This document shows, one piece after another, positions 36,873-50,469 of a DNA stretch of 64,000 bases (its first letter is position 1; each line of letters starts with the position of its first letter). A model generated the notes under the pieces. It was given only the letters and a program-made list of their open reading frames with translations. It searched no databases and was not told the origin of the DNA. The stretch comes from Antechinus flavipes (Eukaryota), in assembly GCF_016432865.1 (NCBI RefSeq), contig NC_067399.1, positions 59,334,001-59,398,000 of the forward strand, read 5' to 3'. The translations under genes and the position numbers were made by a program.

Positions 36873-37052
36873 NNNNNNNNNNNNNNNNNNNNNNNNNNNN
36901 NNNNNNNNNNNNNNNNNNNNNNNNNNNNNNNNNNNNNNNNNNNNNNNNNNNNNNNNNNNNNNNNNNNNNNNNNNNNNNNNNNNNNNNNNNNNNNNNNNNN
37001 NNNNNNNNNNNNNNNNNNNNNNNNNNNNNNNNNNNNNNNNNNNNNNNNNNNN
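36873..37052. other. Assembly gap (180 N)
   Basis: Run of N after a GA-rich tract. Confidence 0.99.
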
Positions 37053-37551
37053 GAAACAAGTTTCCAGAGCCTGGAATAAGGACTTTTAAATGTCTTCTAG
37101 CTCTGAATCCTATGGCCTTATTTGGATTACTGGGTGTAATGGGAGCACCAGCCCACAGGGTAGTGAGCTACTTGATGCAAATCGATGGATACTCATTCAT
37201 GTCAACAATCATCCTGTAACCTGCAGGGAACAGCCATGGGGATGGGGAAGGATGAGCTCATGCTATTCATTGTTAAGACTGTGTTTTTCTAATCAAGGGC
37301 CTAGCAGCTTGTTTTTTCCCCATAAATGATTGAGTACAATTGGTTTCCTTTGTGTTAAAAATAAAAGGAGCCAGCAAGGGGAGACCTCGACCTTTCCAAA
37401 GAACATGGTGGCAGCCACCCAGTCCCTCTGTCATTATCCCAGTTTGTCTGACCACTTCTTTCCTTTCACACTCACTTTAGTGCCTTTTCTGCACTTAACT
37501 GCAATCCTCCTCACTCCCTCTCTTGTTCTTTACCCCCTTATTTTCCTGTAG

Positions 37552-37653
37552 GAGGTGGAGGAATTCAGTTTTATTACCCAGTTAGCAGGTCTGACTGACC
37601 ACCTACCTGTGGCCATGCGCCTGATGGTCAACACTGGCGAGGAAGAGGTATAG
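37552..37653 (+). CDS. SMPD3: nSMase2 terminal coding exon (EVEEFSFITQLAGLTDHLPVAMRLMVNTGEEEV-stop)
   Basis: ttttcctgtag acceptor. Catalytic TDH motif. TAG at 37651-37653. Total CDS 2007 nt = 668 aa plus stop. Confidence 0.98.
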   Translation, partial: EVEEFSFITQLAGLTDHLPVAMRLMVNTGEEEV

Positions 37654-40600
37654 ATGCGCCAGCCCCACGGCCAGTCAGGACCCAGGCCAACCTAAGAAGA
37701 CCTTGTCTATGTTCTTCGGATTCAAAGGACTTTTTTCCAGTGCCACGTGAGCCAGATGAAAACACCTGGCCTCCAGTTGCCTCTCCCAACACCTCCAAAG
37801 GTGGACCGGGTCCCTTCCCCGTTGCTCCCTGGAGCTGGGGAGAGGGGACAAGGATGATAGGAGGTGAGGGACCCAAAGGGATCCACGAGGCCCGAGACCA
37901 CTGTCTGGAGCTCCTCGGGCAGCGGGCTCAGCCTGTATTTCTACGTGTTCACTGTGGACCAAGGAATGCCAGTGGCCAGGCGGGTGGGGAGGGGAGGGAG
38001 AGCCGAGCCCTAATTCCTTTTAATCAGTGCCATTCTTACAAAACATGGTTTTCTATGAATTATACAGCACAACTTAGTTTGTAATCTGTGGGGTAGTGCT
38101 ATTCATGGGTTTTGCATCATTTCTTTGTATAGCTCTTATAAAGCTGAAGGCTTGGTTTTGGATTTCCTTTTTTTAGCCTGCCAATGTTGTCCTAGCATGC
38201 CTGTGCCCCAGCATGCGCTCTAACTGCATGCTACACACTTGAGATGAACAGCCATTATGATAGCCATAGGGTAAAAATAGAAAACAAAAACAAAAAAAGA
38301 ACAAAAAAAGAATTCGAGATGCAATCGGGAAATAATCCAAGAAGCCCGTGTGGAGTGCTGGGCAGTCATTTTTCTTTTCCCACCAGCACAGTGGGCTTTT
38401 CCAAACCAACAACAATGTTCTGTCTCCAGTGACAGGGAAAATGCTGTGTTCCTTTCCAAAGGTCTACATTTGAGGGGAATTGTGTTTTAGGAAGAAAAAA
38501 AGTCCAGATTGAGGTTCCCAGGAAGGGGGGGGGCCCTGGCAGTGAGTCAGTGTGGGTCCCCACCTGGCTCTGAGCTAGACTCCCAGTGCTCCTGAGAGAG
38601 GCTCAGCGTGGCTGAAATCAGGAAAAGGATGTTTCTGGGAGAGGGACACGAGGAAAAGGGAAAACTCCAAAGACAGAACACGGGATTAAATGGAGTGGAG
38701 GAAACATCACCCCAAGTGGGAAGGAGCCACCAGCATTTTTAAACTACTGGTTGGGAGCGTTCTTTCCTGTCTCTGCACCCCCAGTTCTGTTTCTATTGCA
38801 TGACCTTTCTTAGCTTCAGACCTGAGTGACTTTGACCAGATGACAAAGTTAGAACTTCAGGGTTCTTCTCTATTGTGTGGTATCACTGGGGAAGAATTGG
38901 GGAAGAAAAAAAAAAAATCCCTTTGTGCCTCAGTTTACCCACTGGTCCAGTGGACGACTGGTCCCTACCTCACTGGCCCAGCTGAGCCCCAAGGGAGTTG
39001 GCTGTATCGTCGCTGACAGATGTCTGCCTTTATGGTCAGCTTCTGTGACGGTGTCTCGAGGATGAAGTCTGTCTTGGCCCTTTTCTATCTCCTCATCCCG
39101 TAGCCACCCCAGATCTCCTGGGATCTCATTCCCAGTTGCTCAGCACATCTACCTTTTCTTTTTGGCCCACTGCCGAGGGCCCCTGGACACCAAGCCATAG
39201 CAGGGAGAGGGGAGGGGGGCACAACTAAGGAGCCTTTGAGGGCTGGGCCTTCACATTCCCACTGGGCTCTCCCAAGCAGAGAGTTCCTAGTCAACCAAAC
39301 ATGAAAGCTGAGAAGGGGATGTCAAGAAACAAAAGAAAATGGCCAAACCCAGCTCCCCCATTTGGTGAGATCTAGCCTAATGCCTCCCGCCACTAGATCT
39401 CTGCACAGTCCACACAAATGGAGAGAAATGGCATCTTGAGTTCTCAGACCAACGGCCCCCGTGGCCCCCTCCTGTACCACCTGCTTGTTCTCAACTGTGC
39501 TTTCTTTGGGTTCCCTTTAGCTTGTCCTGGGCAGTTCCAGTCCCAGGTGTCACTGCTGCAGGGGACAAGTTAAAGTCACTTCACTCTCACCACCCCGGGA
39601 TCGTTTGATCCTGGATTAAAAACCGCCTCTTCAGGAGCCTGATGCCCAGCCGGACCTGCTCCGACACGGTCTGCCGATTCCCCGTAGGAACATCCTGTCT
39701 TAAGCATCTTCAGCTTTAATTCTCTTTGTAGCCTCTTTAAATAGAAGCAATCAGGCATCTTCCTCCTCCTCTAACCCTTGGAATTTTTTTAACTTTAAAC
39801 TATTTCTTCGATTTTGACCTTGGTTTTTTGGTGAGCTCTAGTTTTAAACAGAATGTTATTGATTGCTCACATAACCATAGACACCCTGAGCTCTTACTCA
39901 CATCTGTCTTATAGCCCAGCATAGCCCACAGTAAGAACAGGGTGACGTCAGCCCCAGAACCCCACGGTACAAATTCTCCTTGACTTAGTGCATTGACCCT
40001 GTGCCTTCTGATGCCTTCATCTACAGGACAGGCTGAGTGAAGTTGATGGGCAGGGGTGAGGGTGCGGACAAATGACTCCCTCCTCCCAATCCGGCCAGTC
40101 ATCAGCCCTCAGCCAAATGCAGCCAGGAGGCAAGACTGGCTATGGACAGGTGACCAGGGTGTGACCCATCCAGAGGCCTTAAGCCCTTCACAGCCATGAG
40201 ACACTGCTACTGTTTGGGGGAGCAAATCTCCCTCCCAAGTCAGGTAAGCCCAGGGCAGCTCTAGGAATGATTCTGCTATAGGACTAGCCCCAAGGTTTGG
40301 CCCAAGTCTGACATCTAATTGTCCCAGGCAGGTCAACAGCAGCTGTGGAACAGAAGAGCAAAGAATAGGACTCAGGTTAGCCAAGCCGTCTGATGGGCAG
40401 CAGCGCTGCCTGACACTACTCCGTCAAGAAAGGCTATTTTTCTGAAAGTAACAAGTTTTAAGTTGTGAAACAAAGGATGAGCTGGGTATCTAATCAAATC
40501 ATTCCACTTGCTTAGTGAATCCTCCCTATTCCTGATCCCACCTCCACGGGTCACCAAGGGAGTGATCACAACCACAGAAAGCAAAGGTTCCTAGCTAGGC

Positions 40601-42000
40601 TAGGAAGAGAGCTGGATCTGCTCCGAGGGAGCATTGCCAGTATTCTGCCATCTTTACAGGGTGTTCATCCAGAAATCGTGATTGCAGCATCTCTACTTTC
40701 CCAAGGCTACAGTGCTCAGAGGCCCTCCTACTTAACCGTTCACTCACTGTCCAAACAAGACTGACATCCTTTTGGAATCATCTTCTCTTTAGAAAGAGCT
40801 AGAGAATCCCAATCTCTTGAGAGAAGCCTTTAGACTCTGGGATTTTTTAATATTCACTTATTCTGGTTTGTCAGTGCGCATGAATCGTGATCGTATGATT
40901 GAACACACGCATCAGGTTATGATTGTTCTAGCTGTGAAGAGTCACAGCCATGCCGAGCAGGCGTCCCACACACAGGGAGCCTTGCAGAGCACCCCGAGTC
41001 TAGGACCAGTGAGGAGAGTGGCACTTTTCCCTGGCTGGATCCAGCAGGGGAGCCAGGGAAGACTGAGGGTCAGTCTTTGTAAGTCAGGAAGGGTGCCTCT
41101 CTCCATGAGGGAGGCAGAACATGGCTCTGCCAAGCAGAGCCATCTGCTAGGAACTGTCCTCACGGCTCTGGAAGTGATGGCTGGGTCACACACTCCCCTC
41201 CTCCCCAACTATGTGGCCTTAGGCAAGCCTCTCAATGTCCCTGGACCTCCATTTTTGTCTTCTGTGAAATGGGGACAAAATCTGGCAAATCTGTGGCTGG
41301 ATGGAGCAGTTTGTTCCCTCTTTCCCCTGGGCACCTGGCCCTGCTTTTGTCCTTTTTGATAGAGATGCTCACTAGGTAGTGCTCAGAGATCACAACTTTC
41401 CACTCCTAAATACTGGGCAATCAGCCCTGAGCATTTGCTTGGTCATCCTGATTTTATGAAGCCTGTGTTCAAAGGGGATTGTCTATAAACTAAATTTTTA
41501 CAATTTTTAAAAAATTTCCCTGTGATTCTAATTCAATCAAATCAAATAATGTTCAAGCTGGGAGTAGTTCGTGGTCTCATTCTCAGCTCAGAAATGATCA
41601 TCTGCTTCTGCTTCTGCTTCTGCTTTTGCTCCTCGGTTGGGGAAAGGGAAGATGTCTCCGACCAGCCCCAAGACAAGCCATGCATTGGGACCCAGTTCAG
41701 TCAGATGGCTTATGAAGGAAGCGTTTTCATGTGTCCAAAACCATCTTGAGTTTTAAGTATGAATATTAATCTTGATGCTTTTTAAATATTGTATTACTGC
41801 TAAGGTTTAGAAAATACTGTTTTAAAAAAACTTTTTTAATTTCAATAATTTTTCTGTATTGTATCCTTCTGGGACCTGATGGGGTTTTATACGGTAAGCA
41901 CACCTAACGTTTTGGTAAAACTGTATCTGATATATATCCAACTGTTTCTTCCCTGTAAGAAAACAAGTCTTACACCTAATAAAATATTTTGAAGGGTTTT
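37654..42000 (+). other. SMPD3: Probable long SMPD3 3' UTR (~4.3 kb)
   Basis: Repeat-poor stretch after the stop. The first AATAAA I found is at 41978, followed by a U-rich element. End point inferred. Confidence 0.5.
41978..41983 (+). terminator. Candidate SMPD3 polyadenylation signal (AATAAA); second candidate at 42052-42057
   Basis: AATAAA followed ~15-30 nt later by gggttttttttttcc. Confidence 0.5.
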
Positions 42001-44866
42001 TTTTTTCCTTTATTGGTGCTGAAAGGAATGAATAGTTGATGTGAAGGAGAAAATAAAACATTAAAACTCAAAGCTTCTGTTTCCCATTTATTTGAGTGAT
42101 TTATTGGGGGGATTTATTTTGCTCTGACCCCAGAGTACAAGCCACTTTTTAAGCACTTTAAAAACCAAAGAAGATCCATCCTTCTGAGAGAATCCACAGT
42201 GATAATTAACAAATTTCTATTATATCCCTCATGTACCTCCCAAAGATGCAATTTGTGATTATGAAAAGAAGGCCCACTGTAAGACCCCTATCCTAACTTC
42301 CTTCTAAAATGGCATTATGCTGCTTGTAGTACCTACTTCATGGAGCTGTTATTGGCAAAATGTTTCAATTTTGCAAAACATTTGTCATTTCTTCTTTATG
42401 GGTACTTCCTCCCAAAAACCCTTCCTCTATGCCTTGGTTACTGTTTCATTGTTAGCTGTGGTTGAAAAAAATTCTTAAGCTGGTGGCAAACCCCACAGTA
42501 ATGAACCTTTCTGTAGTTACCTGGGCCAAATGACTTCAAGCAACAGTCACAGAATCCAGTGAAGGCCCAAACTCGAGTCCTTTCCAGTTCCATTAGGATC
42601 TCCCCATGCTGGGTGACTGGCAGAGTCAATCCCCCAAGAACCACTCTACTCTTTTGACTTGTCAGAGAAGGACTTGAATGGAGAATTATCCTAAATATAA
42701 ACTATTGTTAATCAGGTGAATCTTATTTTCCCTTAAAAAGCGCTGATTGAGGAAAGGATAGAATGCTCCCCAGATAACCTCTAATACTATCCTCCTCTCC
42801 TGTCACCATCTCCACTGCCTGAATTACTGGCTCCCCACATCTCCAGGCCATCAGTTTTTGGAGCACAGGTGATTGATTTTCTTGTTTTTGTGGCTTTCAC
42901 TATGATGTAGAAGAGTTTCAGTGAGAATTAAAAAGGTAAAAGATGCTGACATAGTGAGAAACCATTTTCCAACACTGGAATGCGGAACAGGGTGTTGGAT
43001 CTTGATGTCAATGCCCCATCTCTTCACCTCCAACCTCAAATGACATTCCTACAACCCCCAAGAGCAGTTCATTCTCTATTCAATGCAACATTCCTCTCCA
43101 GACATCAACTTTCAACAGTTTTAATCTCCCTTGACCAAACAGCCCTTACAGAGTGCAAAGCAAAACTAAGCCTCTAAATTGCTGAACCACCCCAACTTTT
43201 CAGAGAAAAATGATCAATTCTAATCATTGGATCAAAGTCCAATTCAAAAGGGATGAGATGACTATCCTCTATGTCCTATTCTGTAGGACCTCATCCCAAT
43301 CCCTTGTACTGAGTCAGGCACCTCCCTGCAAGTCCCTCCTGGGCCCCACTTTTTTGCCCTTAATGTGGATAAGTCTCTCTTCTTTTGTGATACAACTTCC
43401 CTAAATGCAAAGCTTGGAAGTTCTCTCAAGTAATTTATGATCCAGACATGCAGCCCACAATGCTCCCAAATGTGGCCTAAACCAAATTAAAATGTAATCA
43501 GGAAATACTTAACAAAATAAATAAAAATACAAAATAGTATCAAATAAATTAGCAGGAGGATCTTAGGGATCCTTACATATTTAGTTTACTGCCCTTTCCC
43601 CCCATTTCTATTTGAGCTTGACATCTCCAATATAAACTAAAAACACCTGGCACTAGATTGCCTGTTTTCAGTGTTACTAGAAACCTGTTCCAGGTCATGA
43701 TTACCTCCCAAAGGCATTTCCTTCATCATCTTAAATAAGAAGTTCCCAGATCATCTTCATCTATTACCAAAACTTCCTCCTCCCCAAAATGGCCATGGAC
43801 AACAAGAAGCAATAGCCCCACCATCTGAAAGAGTCATAAAATTCATCATCTCAAACAAGAAGAGCTTCTGAGTATACCTTCATGGAATCCCCAGGAAGGT
43901 CTGAATTGGAGAAAGCCCATGCTACTATTACCCCGGCAAAAGAAAGTACCTTCTTGTCAGGTCAGGCTTTCCTTCCAAAGCTCCTTCCCGAGCCAGCTGT
44001 GACAATCTCAGGCCACATGATCATTTGATGGAGCCTCCCACTTTGGCTGTTGGGAGAGGGATTACGAAGTCTTTGCAAGAGACAAAGCAGGAAAGAGAGG
44101 CCCAGCCTCAGGCTCCGAAGGCAGAGACATGTACAAGCCATGGGATCCTTCTAACTTTCCTGGACCTCAGTTTCTCTGTACAGCAACTGAGGCCAGATTT
44201 CAGGAGCTCCAGGGTCTCTTCTAGCTCTATGACTCGGATATCTTTTCACCACTGTCAATCATGGCTACAGGATGAGGAAAGAGCACACCAAAAGCCTGGG
44301 GAAAAGTGGACTCTCCAAGGAGGCCGCTGAGGAATGGCCAATGGGGGCAGTCTGGGGAACAGAGAGCGGCTGCAGAAGAAGGAGTTCTCACTTCCCGGGC
44401 ATGTCTGCCAACACAAGTGAAAGGTCTGAAGCAAGTCATTCTCTGGGATCCTGTTTCCTCACCTGAAAAGTGGGAGGAGGAGAATGGGGAGTAGGGAGGA
44501 ACTCTTGAAGTCCCTCCCAGGGGCAGGGTCTATGCTGATTTGTTAGAAGAATTGTGTTAACTGACAGCCAGGGAGGAGAGCAAAGCTCAGCCTGGGCTTT
44601 ACAAGGAAGCCCCCCAGCCTATCAGTTGAAAGGCAGCCATCATTTGTGTGTCATCAGACACATGTGCCCTTTGCTTTTGGCACACTACATACCTTCTGTG
44701 GCAGGCAAAGTTTCATCTCAAATTGAAATTGAACCTTCTCAAATCAGCACGGATTGGCTGAATTTTTATAAGATTTCAAAAGAACAAGAAAGGTTCCAGT
44801 TGTGTTCTCTTCCCACAAGGAAATACTAAAAGCAACTTTCATATTCCTTTTAAAATTTCACCTGTG

Positions 44867-45035
44867 GGTCAGCTAGGTAGCACAGTGGATAGAGCACCAG
44901 CCCTGAAGTCAGAAGGACCTGAGTTCAAATCTGGCCTCAAACACTTAATACTTCCTAGCTGTATGACCCAGGGCAAATCACTTAACCACAATTGCCTCAG
45001 CAAAAAAAAAAAAAAAAAAAAAGGAAAAAAACAAC
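44867..45035 (+). mobile_element. WSINE1-like SINE with TSD (intergenic)
   Basis: ggtcagctaggtagcacagtggatagagcaccagccctgaagtcagaaggacctgagttcaaatc...ttgcctcagc plus long poly-A. TSD ttcacctgtg at 44857-44866 and 45036-45045, preceded by a TTTT/AAAA L1 endonuclease site. Confidence 0.9.
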
Positions 45036-45409
45036 TTCACCTGTGAAAGGATGTTTCTCCCTCCTTTAATTCTGGTAGAGATTCGGCTCCTTCTCCTGAG
45101 CCACGTTGCACTCTTACTGAGCAACATAGTTTCATTTTCCACCTGCTATAGACTCCAGAAAAGCTCAAAAGTGAGGGTTCCAAACCTTTATCAATCTGAT
45201 GAAGACTGTGTGCCTCTTCACAGAAAAAATGTTTTACATGGAAGAAAATGCTAAATAAATTAGTAAAAATAAAGATAAAATTTTTCCATTCAAGTTCATA
45301 GATCCTTTAAAAATGCCCATGGATCTGTTGGAAACTACTCATTAAGAAATGCTAGTGGCATGGTCAAGCATTACATCAATTTGCTAAGTAATGTACACAT
45401 CTAGAACAG

Positions 45410-46005
45410 GGATTCTTAAGCTAGGATCTATAAACTTGCTTCTAAATACTTTTTTAGAATTGTATTTGACTAATTTTGGCTTTCTTTGTAATCTATTTTA
45501 TTTTATGTATTTAAAGACATTATTCTAAAAATGTGTCTTTCCACAGACTCCATGACACAAAAGAGGGGGAGAGGAAGGGGAAGAGCCCTTGGCCCAGTGC
45601 CCATCTCACCCTCCCACCTCCCCCTGCCTCCCACATACATCCTCTGAGATCCAAAGACAACAGCCTCCTGGATGCTCCTCACATTGGACATGCTGTCTCT
45701 TGGCTCTGGACATTTTTCCTGGCCGTTCCTCAGGCCATCCTCAAATCTATTTTCTGGCTTCCTTTAAGGACAAATTAAAATCCCACCTTCTACAGGAAAC
45801 CTTTACTAACTCTCCTTATTTCTAGTGCTCTCTTCTCTATTGATTATTCTGCACTTATCCTATCTGAATCTATTTGTACAGAGTTATTGATGTGCTGTCT
45901 CTTCCCCCAGACTGTGAGCTTCATGAGAGCAGGGACTATCTTTGATCCTTTTTTGTAGTCCCATTCATGGTCCCCAAGAGACAATAAATGTTTACTGAAT
46001 GACTG
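45410..46005 (+). mobile_element. hAT/Charlie-like MITE remnant followed by an L2-type 3' end
   Basis: gggattcttaagctaggatctataaac...ctccatgacacaaaa, then ccagactgtgagcttcatgagagcagggactatc...aataaatgtttactgaatgactga. Family assignment tentative. Confidence 0.4.
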
Positions 46006-46471
46006 ATCTAGAACACCAGAGCTAGAAAAGATCACAGAACCAAAAATGTTTCAAAAGACGACACAGAACATCAGAGAAATATTATCTAAGTCTAAGCCCC
46101 ACCCAATCCAGGAGGAAAGTGACAGGTCAAAGGTCAAAGAGCCAGCTTGTACTGGGAAAGTGTCCCTGCTGTATTGTGCCTCCCTCAGTCTTAAATAGAG
46201 TTTTCTTTGGCAGGTTTCTACTGAATTTCATTTTCCTTTACCACAGAGAAGGGAGGCAGAGCTTCATGTGCTTTTTCCCAGAGTCACAAGGTTTTGAAGA
46301 TTCAGCCCTGAACCTTCATTCAGACACACTCTTGTTTCCTGGTGCTAGCCCCTCCATCCTGTGGCAGCTTCTCCTTATTAATCAGGATACCCCAAGAAAA
46401 AGAAGCTTTGGTTTTTAACTCTTCCTTCCCAAAAAAGCCCACTGACCACATCACAACAGCTCTTATGCTAC

Positions 46472-46477
46472 TTTATT
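46472..46477 (-). terminator. Candidate PRMT7 proximal polyadenylation signal
   Basis: AATAAA on the - strand 20 nt after the stop, followed by GU-rich gctgttgtgatgtggtcagt. Confidence 0.5.
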
Positions 46478-46497
46478 TCTTTAAAACTGCAGCAATT

Positions 46498-46656
46498 TTA
46501 GCTTACAAGCCTGAAATCCATGGAAATATCACCCACCTTTGGGTTAAACTCAAGGGAATAGGTGACAGATTGGGGGCTGTCTTGAGTTTTTGCTTCCAAA
46601 GTAGAATTAAGGAAATAAACAGCCTGTTTACAATGAGGATTCCAGGAACACTCGCC
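46498..46656 (-). CDS. PRMT7: Protein arginine methyltransferase 7, terminal coding exon (GECSWNPHCKQAVYFLNS...VGDISMDFRLVS-stop)
   Basis: tctttctttcacag acceptor. WNPHCKQAVYF matches PRMT7. TAA at 46500-46498. Absent from the ORF track (no early Met). Confidence 0.95.
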   Translation of the reverse strand, partial: GECSWNPHCKQAVYFLNSTLEAKTQDSPQSVTYSLEFNPKVGDISMDFRLVS

Positions 46657-49138
46657 CTGTGAAAGAAAGAAGACAGACTTTAGAAGTCCTGAAACTTTTC
46701 ATTGATCAAGGCCCTTCTCCCAAATCCAACAAGCAAAGTCAGGAGGAAAGGGAGTTGATCCTGAGAGCTGACTTTGTTTTCAATTTAAGATGAGAATTTT
46801 ACATTAATCCCTACTACATTTAATATAGAATAATTATTATCTCTCCAGACTGACCCCTTGTAAATTCTATCATTAGATTTAGCCAATGGCAGTGTCCTAT
46901 TCATATGCCCTCTGCTCTCTCTCCCCTCGCAAATGGCTCCTGCCTATTGCTGCCAAACCCAATCAGATGGGGTCATCCCTGCTCTAGACTTTGTGGGTTA
47001 AAACAAGGTTATTCTGCCCAGTATTTTAAAGGTCTCCAATTTGGCTCCCCACTATGCTCCAATGTATCCTCTCAATCTTCCCCTACAATCTTCAGTGGCC
47101 TGCTGCTGGCTGTTTCCTGGGTAAGGCATTTTCTCTCCTTCCTCAGGGCCTTTGCCAATGTTGCCCAGGAGGTCTGGAAGCGTTGTCCCTTCCATGCCTA
47201 ACTGCTAGCACTTCTCCCTCTTTAGTTGCTATTACTTAACACATATTTGTGTACGTGTGTGTGTCACAGTGTAAGCTCTCTAAGGAAAAGGCTATTGCTT
47301 TTTGTGCCTGACATCCCCAGCCTCTCAACAAGAACCTGTGAGACAGAAGGGTCAGTGCCCAAGAGTTCAGCCAGTGTGAGGAATGAGGAAGCTTCCTCAC
47401 TGGTTTTCCAAAGGGCTCTCTCAGTCACTGTAGATAAACCAAAGGCCTGAGAAAAGAAGTGAATGCCAGATAGTGCCAGCTGTATCGCCTCAGAGGAGCT
47501 GGCACCTTCAGGGAACTCAGACTGCTGCCTGATTCCAAGCCCAGAATTCCAATGGCAGAGAGCTGCAGGTGAGCAGCAGTTACTCTGACCAACTCTGACC
47601 AGGCCCTTCTGAGCTGGAAGAGGCATCTGCTGCCCAAGGTCACAGAAGCTCTATCATCCCTATCAGGGCAGCTTGCCCACAAAGGCATGGTCCCCCCTAA
47701 AGTATGAAAGTACCAGTATTCCCCTGGCAAGGCTGGATGTCTACAAACATGAAAGACCAGAACTTCAGAAGAACTGGAAGCAGGAGGCACTGGAGAGAGC
47801 ACTGGACTCAGCATCAGGCAGGCCTGAGCTCAAATTCGACCGCAGGCACTTACTAGCTGGGCAACTCTGAGCAACTCAAACTCTGTCTACCTCTATTTCT
47901 TTGACTGTATAATGGAAATGATAATAGCATGTACTCTACTTCCCAGGGTGGTTTTAAAAATCAGATGAGACAATAGTTTGCAAACTTTAAAGTGGTACGT
48001 AATTGCTAGCTATTATCATTCTTATTAATAATCATCATCATCAAACTGCAGGTGGTCCAAAGAACCACAGAAAGCCTTCTGATAGGGCTGTGTAGGCTCT
48101 GTAGGCATAATTAGCCAAGAAGGACTTGGGCAGAGACAAGCATGCATGAGCCTGGACCAAGGGATGTGGAGGGCAGGAAGCAGGCAGCCCTGCAGCTGTG
48201 TGCCCCAAGGCATCAGAAAAAGGCATCACAGGACCAGGGGAGGTCTTAAGTGCACTGGGCAGATGTTCCATCAAGGAGCCACCCAGGATGAAAGCTATTC
48301 CCAGCCTGGGACCTGTACCTACATCTAATAGCCATGGAGCCCTCAGCTTGAGAACTGGAAAGACCTGAGTGCAAATCCTGCCTTAGACACTCACTAGTGG
48401 TATGAGCCTGGACAAATATTTCACCAGCACCTCCATCCCAAGGTTGTTGTGATGATCAAATGAGTTCATATTTATAAAGTTTCTTGAAAATTTAAGCTGC
48501 TAGATTAATTCTATTGTTATTATCATTATTAAACTCACAGGCTCATCCAAATCACATGAATTAGCCCTCTAGGGTATGTCCTGTGCCAGCTTGACTGGCC
48601 AGTTATCCAGGTTCCATGCTCCTAAGCTGGTAATGTGGCCTTTTACTCCAGGTGTGTCACAGACTGGGGGTGACAGGAGACACACAAGCAGAAACAGTCA
48701 AAGTGGCTGACGAAGTTACAGGCATGGCCACCAGGAAAAACAACCATCAGCTACTCAAGTGTTTAGCTCAGTCTGTAAACCAATTACTATTAACTAAGTA
48801 TCCGTCCCGTGCCAGGCACTAGAGGTGAAAAGAGAAGAAAACAACAAGGACCTTAGTTTACCAACTAAGACAAAGTAGACTTGGGGGTGGGAAAACCAGG
48901 ATGATCAGATCAGGAAAGGTTTCATGTAGAAAGCGGCACTGAAGAGAGTTTTGGAAGAAATAAGGCAGTCCAAAGCCAGGTCTCAATTAAGCAAAAGCAG
49001 CAAATGTGTCCCAGGAACGGGACTCAGATGGGCATGTATACAGCATCTGCTGCATCCTCTGCCATGGATGCAACGGCTTTACAGAAGTGAATCTAGGCAG
49101 GCACTGCCCCAGCCACACTCTACAACCTGCAGAGATAC

Positions 49139-49235
49139 CTGGGCCTCCGGCATCTGGATGAGTCCGGTACTGAGCGAGCTCTCGGCAGTCAAGTGGTACT
49201 CCATCCATAGGACCACTCCATGGCTCCTTCCAGGC
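49139..49235 (-). CDS. PRMT7: PRMT7 exon (97 nt; (R)PGRSHGVVLWMEYHLTAESSLSTGLIQMPEAQ)
   Basis: ttcttccag acceptor, CAG|gtatct donor, phase 2-0. Confidence 0.96.
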
Positions 49236-50469
49236 CTGGAAGAAAAGGCTATGATGAGCGGCATAAGAAGATTCTCCACAAACCAAAATAACAGCTCCCC
49301 ACCACTTCTTGGTTAGTCCTGGACCTGCCTGAAAAAAGAGTCTTCTTCAGAGAGCTCCAGCTCTGACGGCACAGCAGCTCAGACCAGGAAGGGGAGAGCA
49401 GGCTCAGCCACAGTGGGCCTTGGATGCCATGCCCACTCAGGGGTTAATAATCCCATAACCTGAAAAGCAGAGCTGGGAGGGTTCTAGTAAAATCATCTTC
49501 CAAAAGAAGTATTAGGAGGGCACCTAATAAGCCTTAAAGCCCTTTCCTTTTCCCTCTTGCAATTTCCAATTCTGCTGAGAAAATGGGACATCCTGAAGCA
49601 GGAACTATGACAGAGACAAATGGAGCAAAAGGTCATTTCATGCACTGAGACAATGGCAGTAATGCTCTGACTGCAGTCTTCCTAGAAGCCATTTTGCTTA
49701 GCCTCTGTTTCACCTTGCTCTGAAAAGAATTGCTGTTCTTCTACTGGCCTCTCAGCCCTTTGAAAGCAATATTTGTGCAGAACACACAGCAGGAGCTCCA
49801 TCAGTGTGTGCAGACCTGAATGGGGACTGCTTGGGGGGCGTATGCTGGGCAAGGAGTACTTAATATCTGTTCCCACAAAAGTACATCCTTCACAACAGAA
49901 AAAAAGAGCAGGGTGAACTTCATTATCCTTAGGAAATAACTATTTTTCTAAACTCTCAATGACTTATCCAGGGAAAAGGCAGAGGTGTGTTTGGACACCA
50001 CTGTAGGTACATCCTAGGGGGCTTCTGCTTTGCAAGCTTTAAAAAGTTGTTCAAATTCTAGTTATTGTTATTATTGGAGAGGATTCTTGTTCAGGTACAA
50101 TGTTGTATGAGGGGTGACTTGCAAAGTCCCTTCTAACTCTGAGATGCTGTGATTTTGTTTAAAGATTTCTGATCTGGTCCCACATCAACAGATATCTTAT
50201 GGCTATCTCCTGAGTATTTCGTTATCATTTCAAACTCAACCAAGTCAAAAAACCAAACTTCCTTATTTCTACTGAAGGTAACACAATCATTCTAATACCC
50301 AAGTCATACGCTAAAAATTATCCATGACTTTTTTTCAGGTTCCTTCAATTTCCATGGCCAGTTGGTAGCCAAGTCTGGTCAATTCTACCTCCCCACAAGA
50401 GATGTCTCTCCTCAGCCTTCACCTCTCTCCCACCATGTCACTAACATTCTTTACTAATAATTCTTTACA

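Noticed and set aside
42438-42644. Minus-strand ORF with GEILMEL resembling the PRMT7 C-terminus (GDIIMEF)
   Set aside because: The true terminal exon with WNPHCKQAVYF is at 46498-46656; this match is chance.
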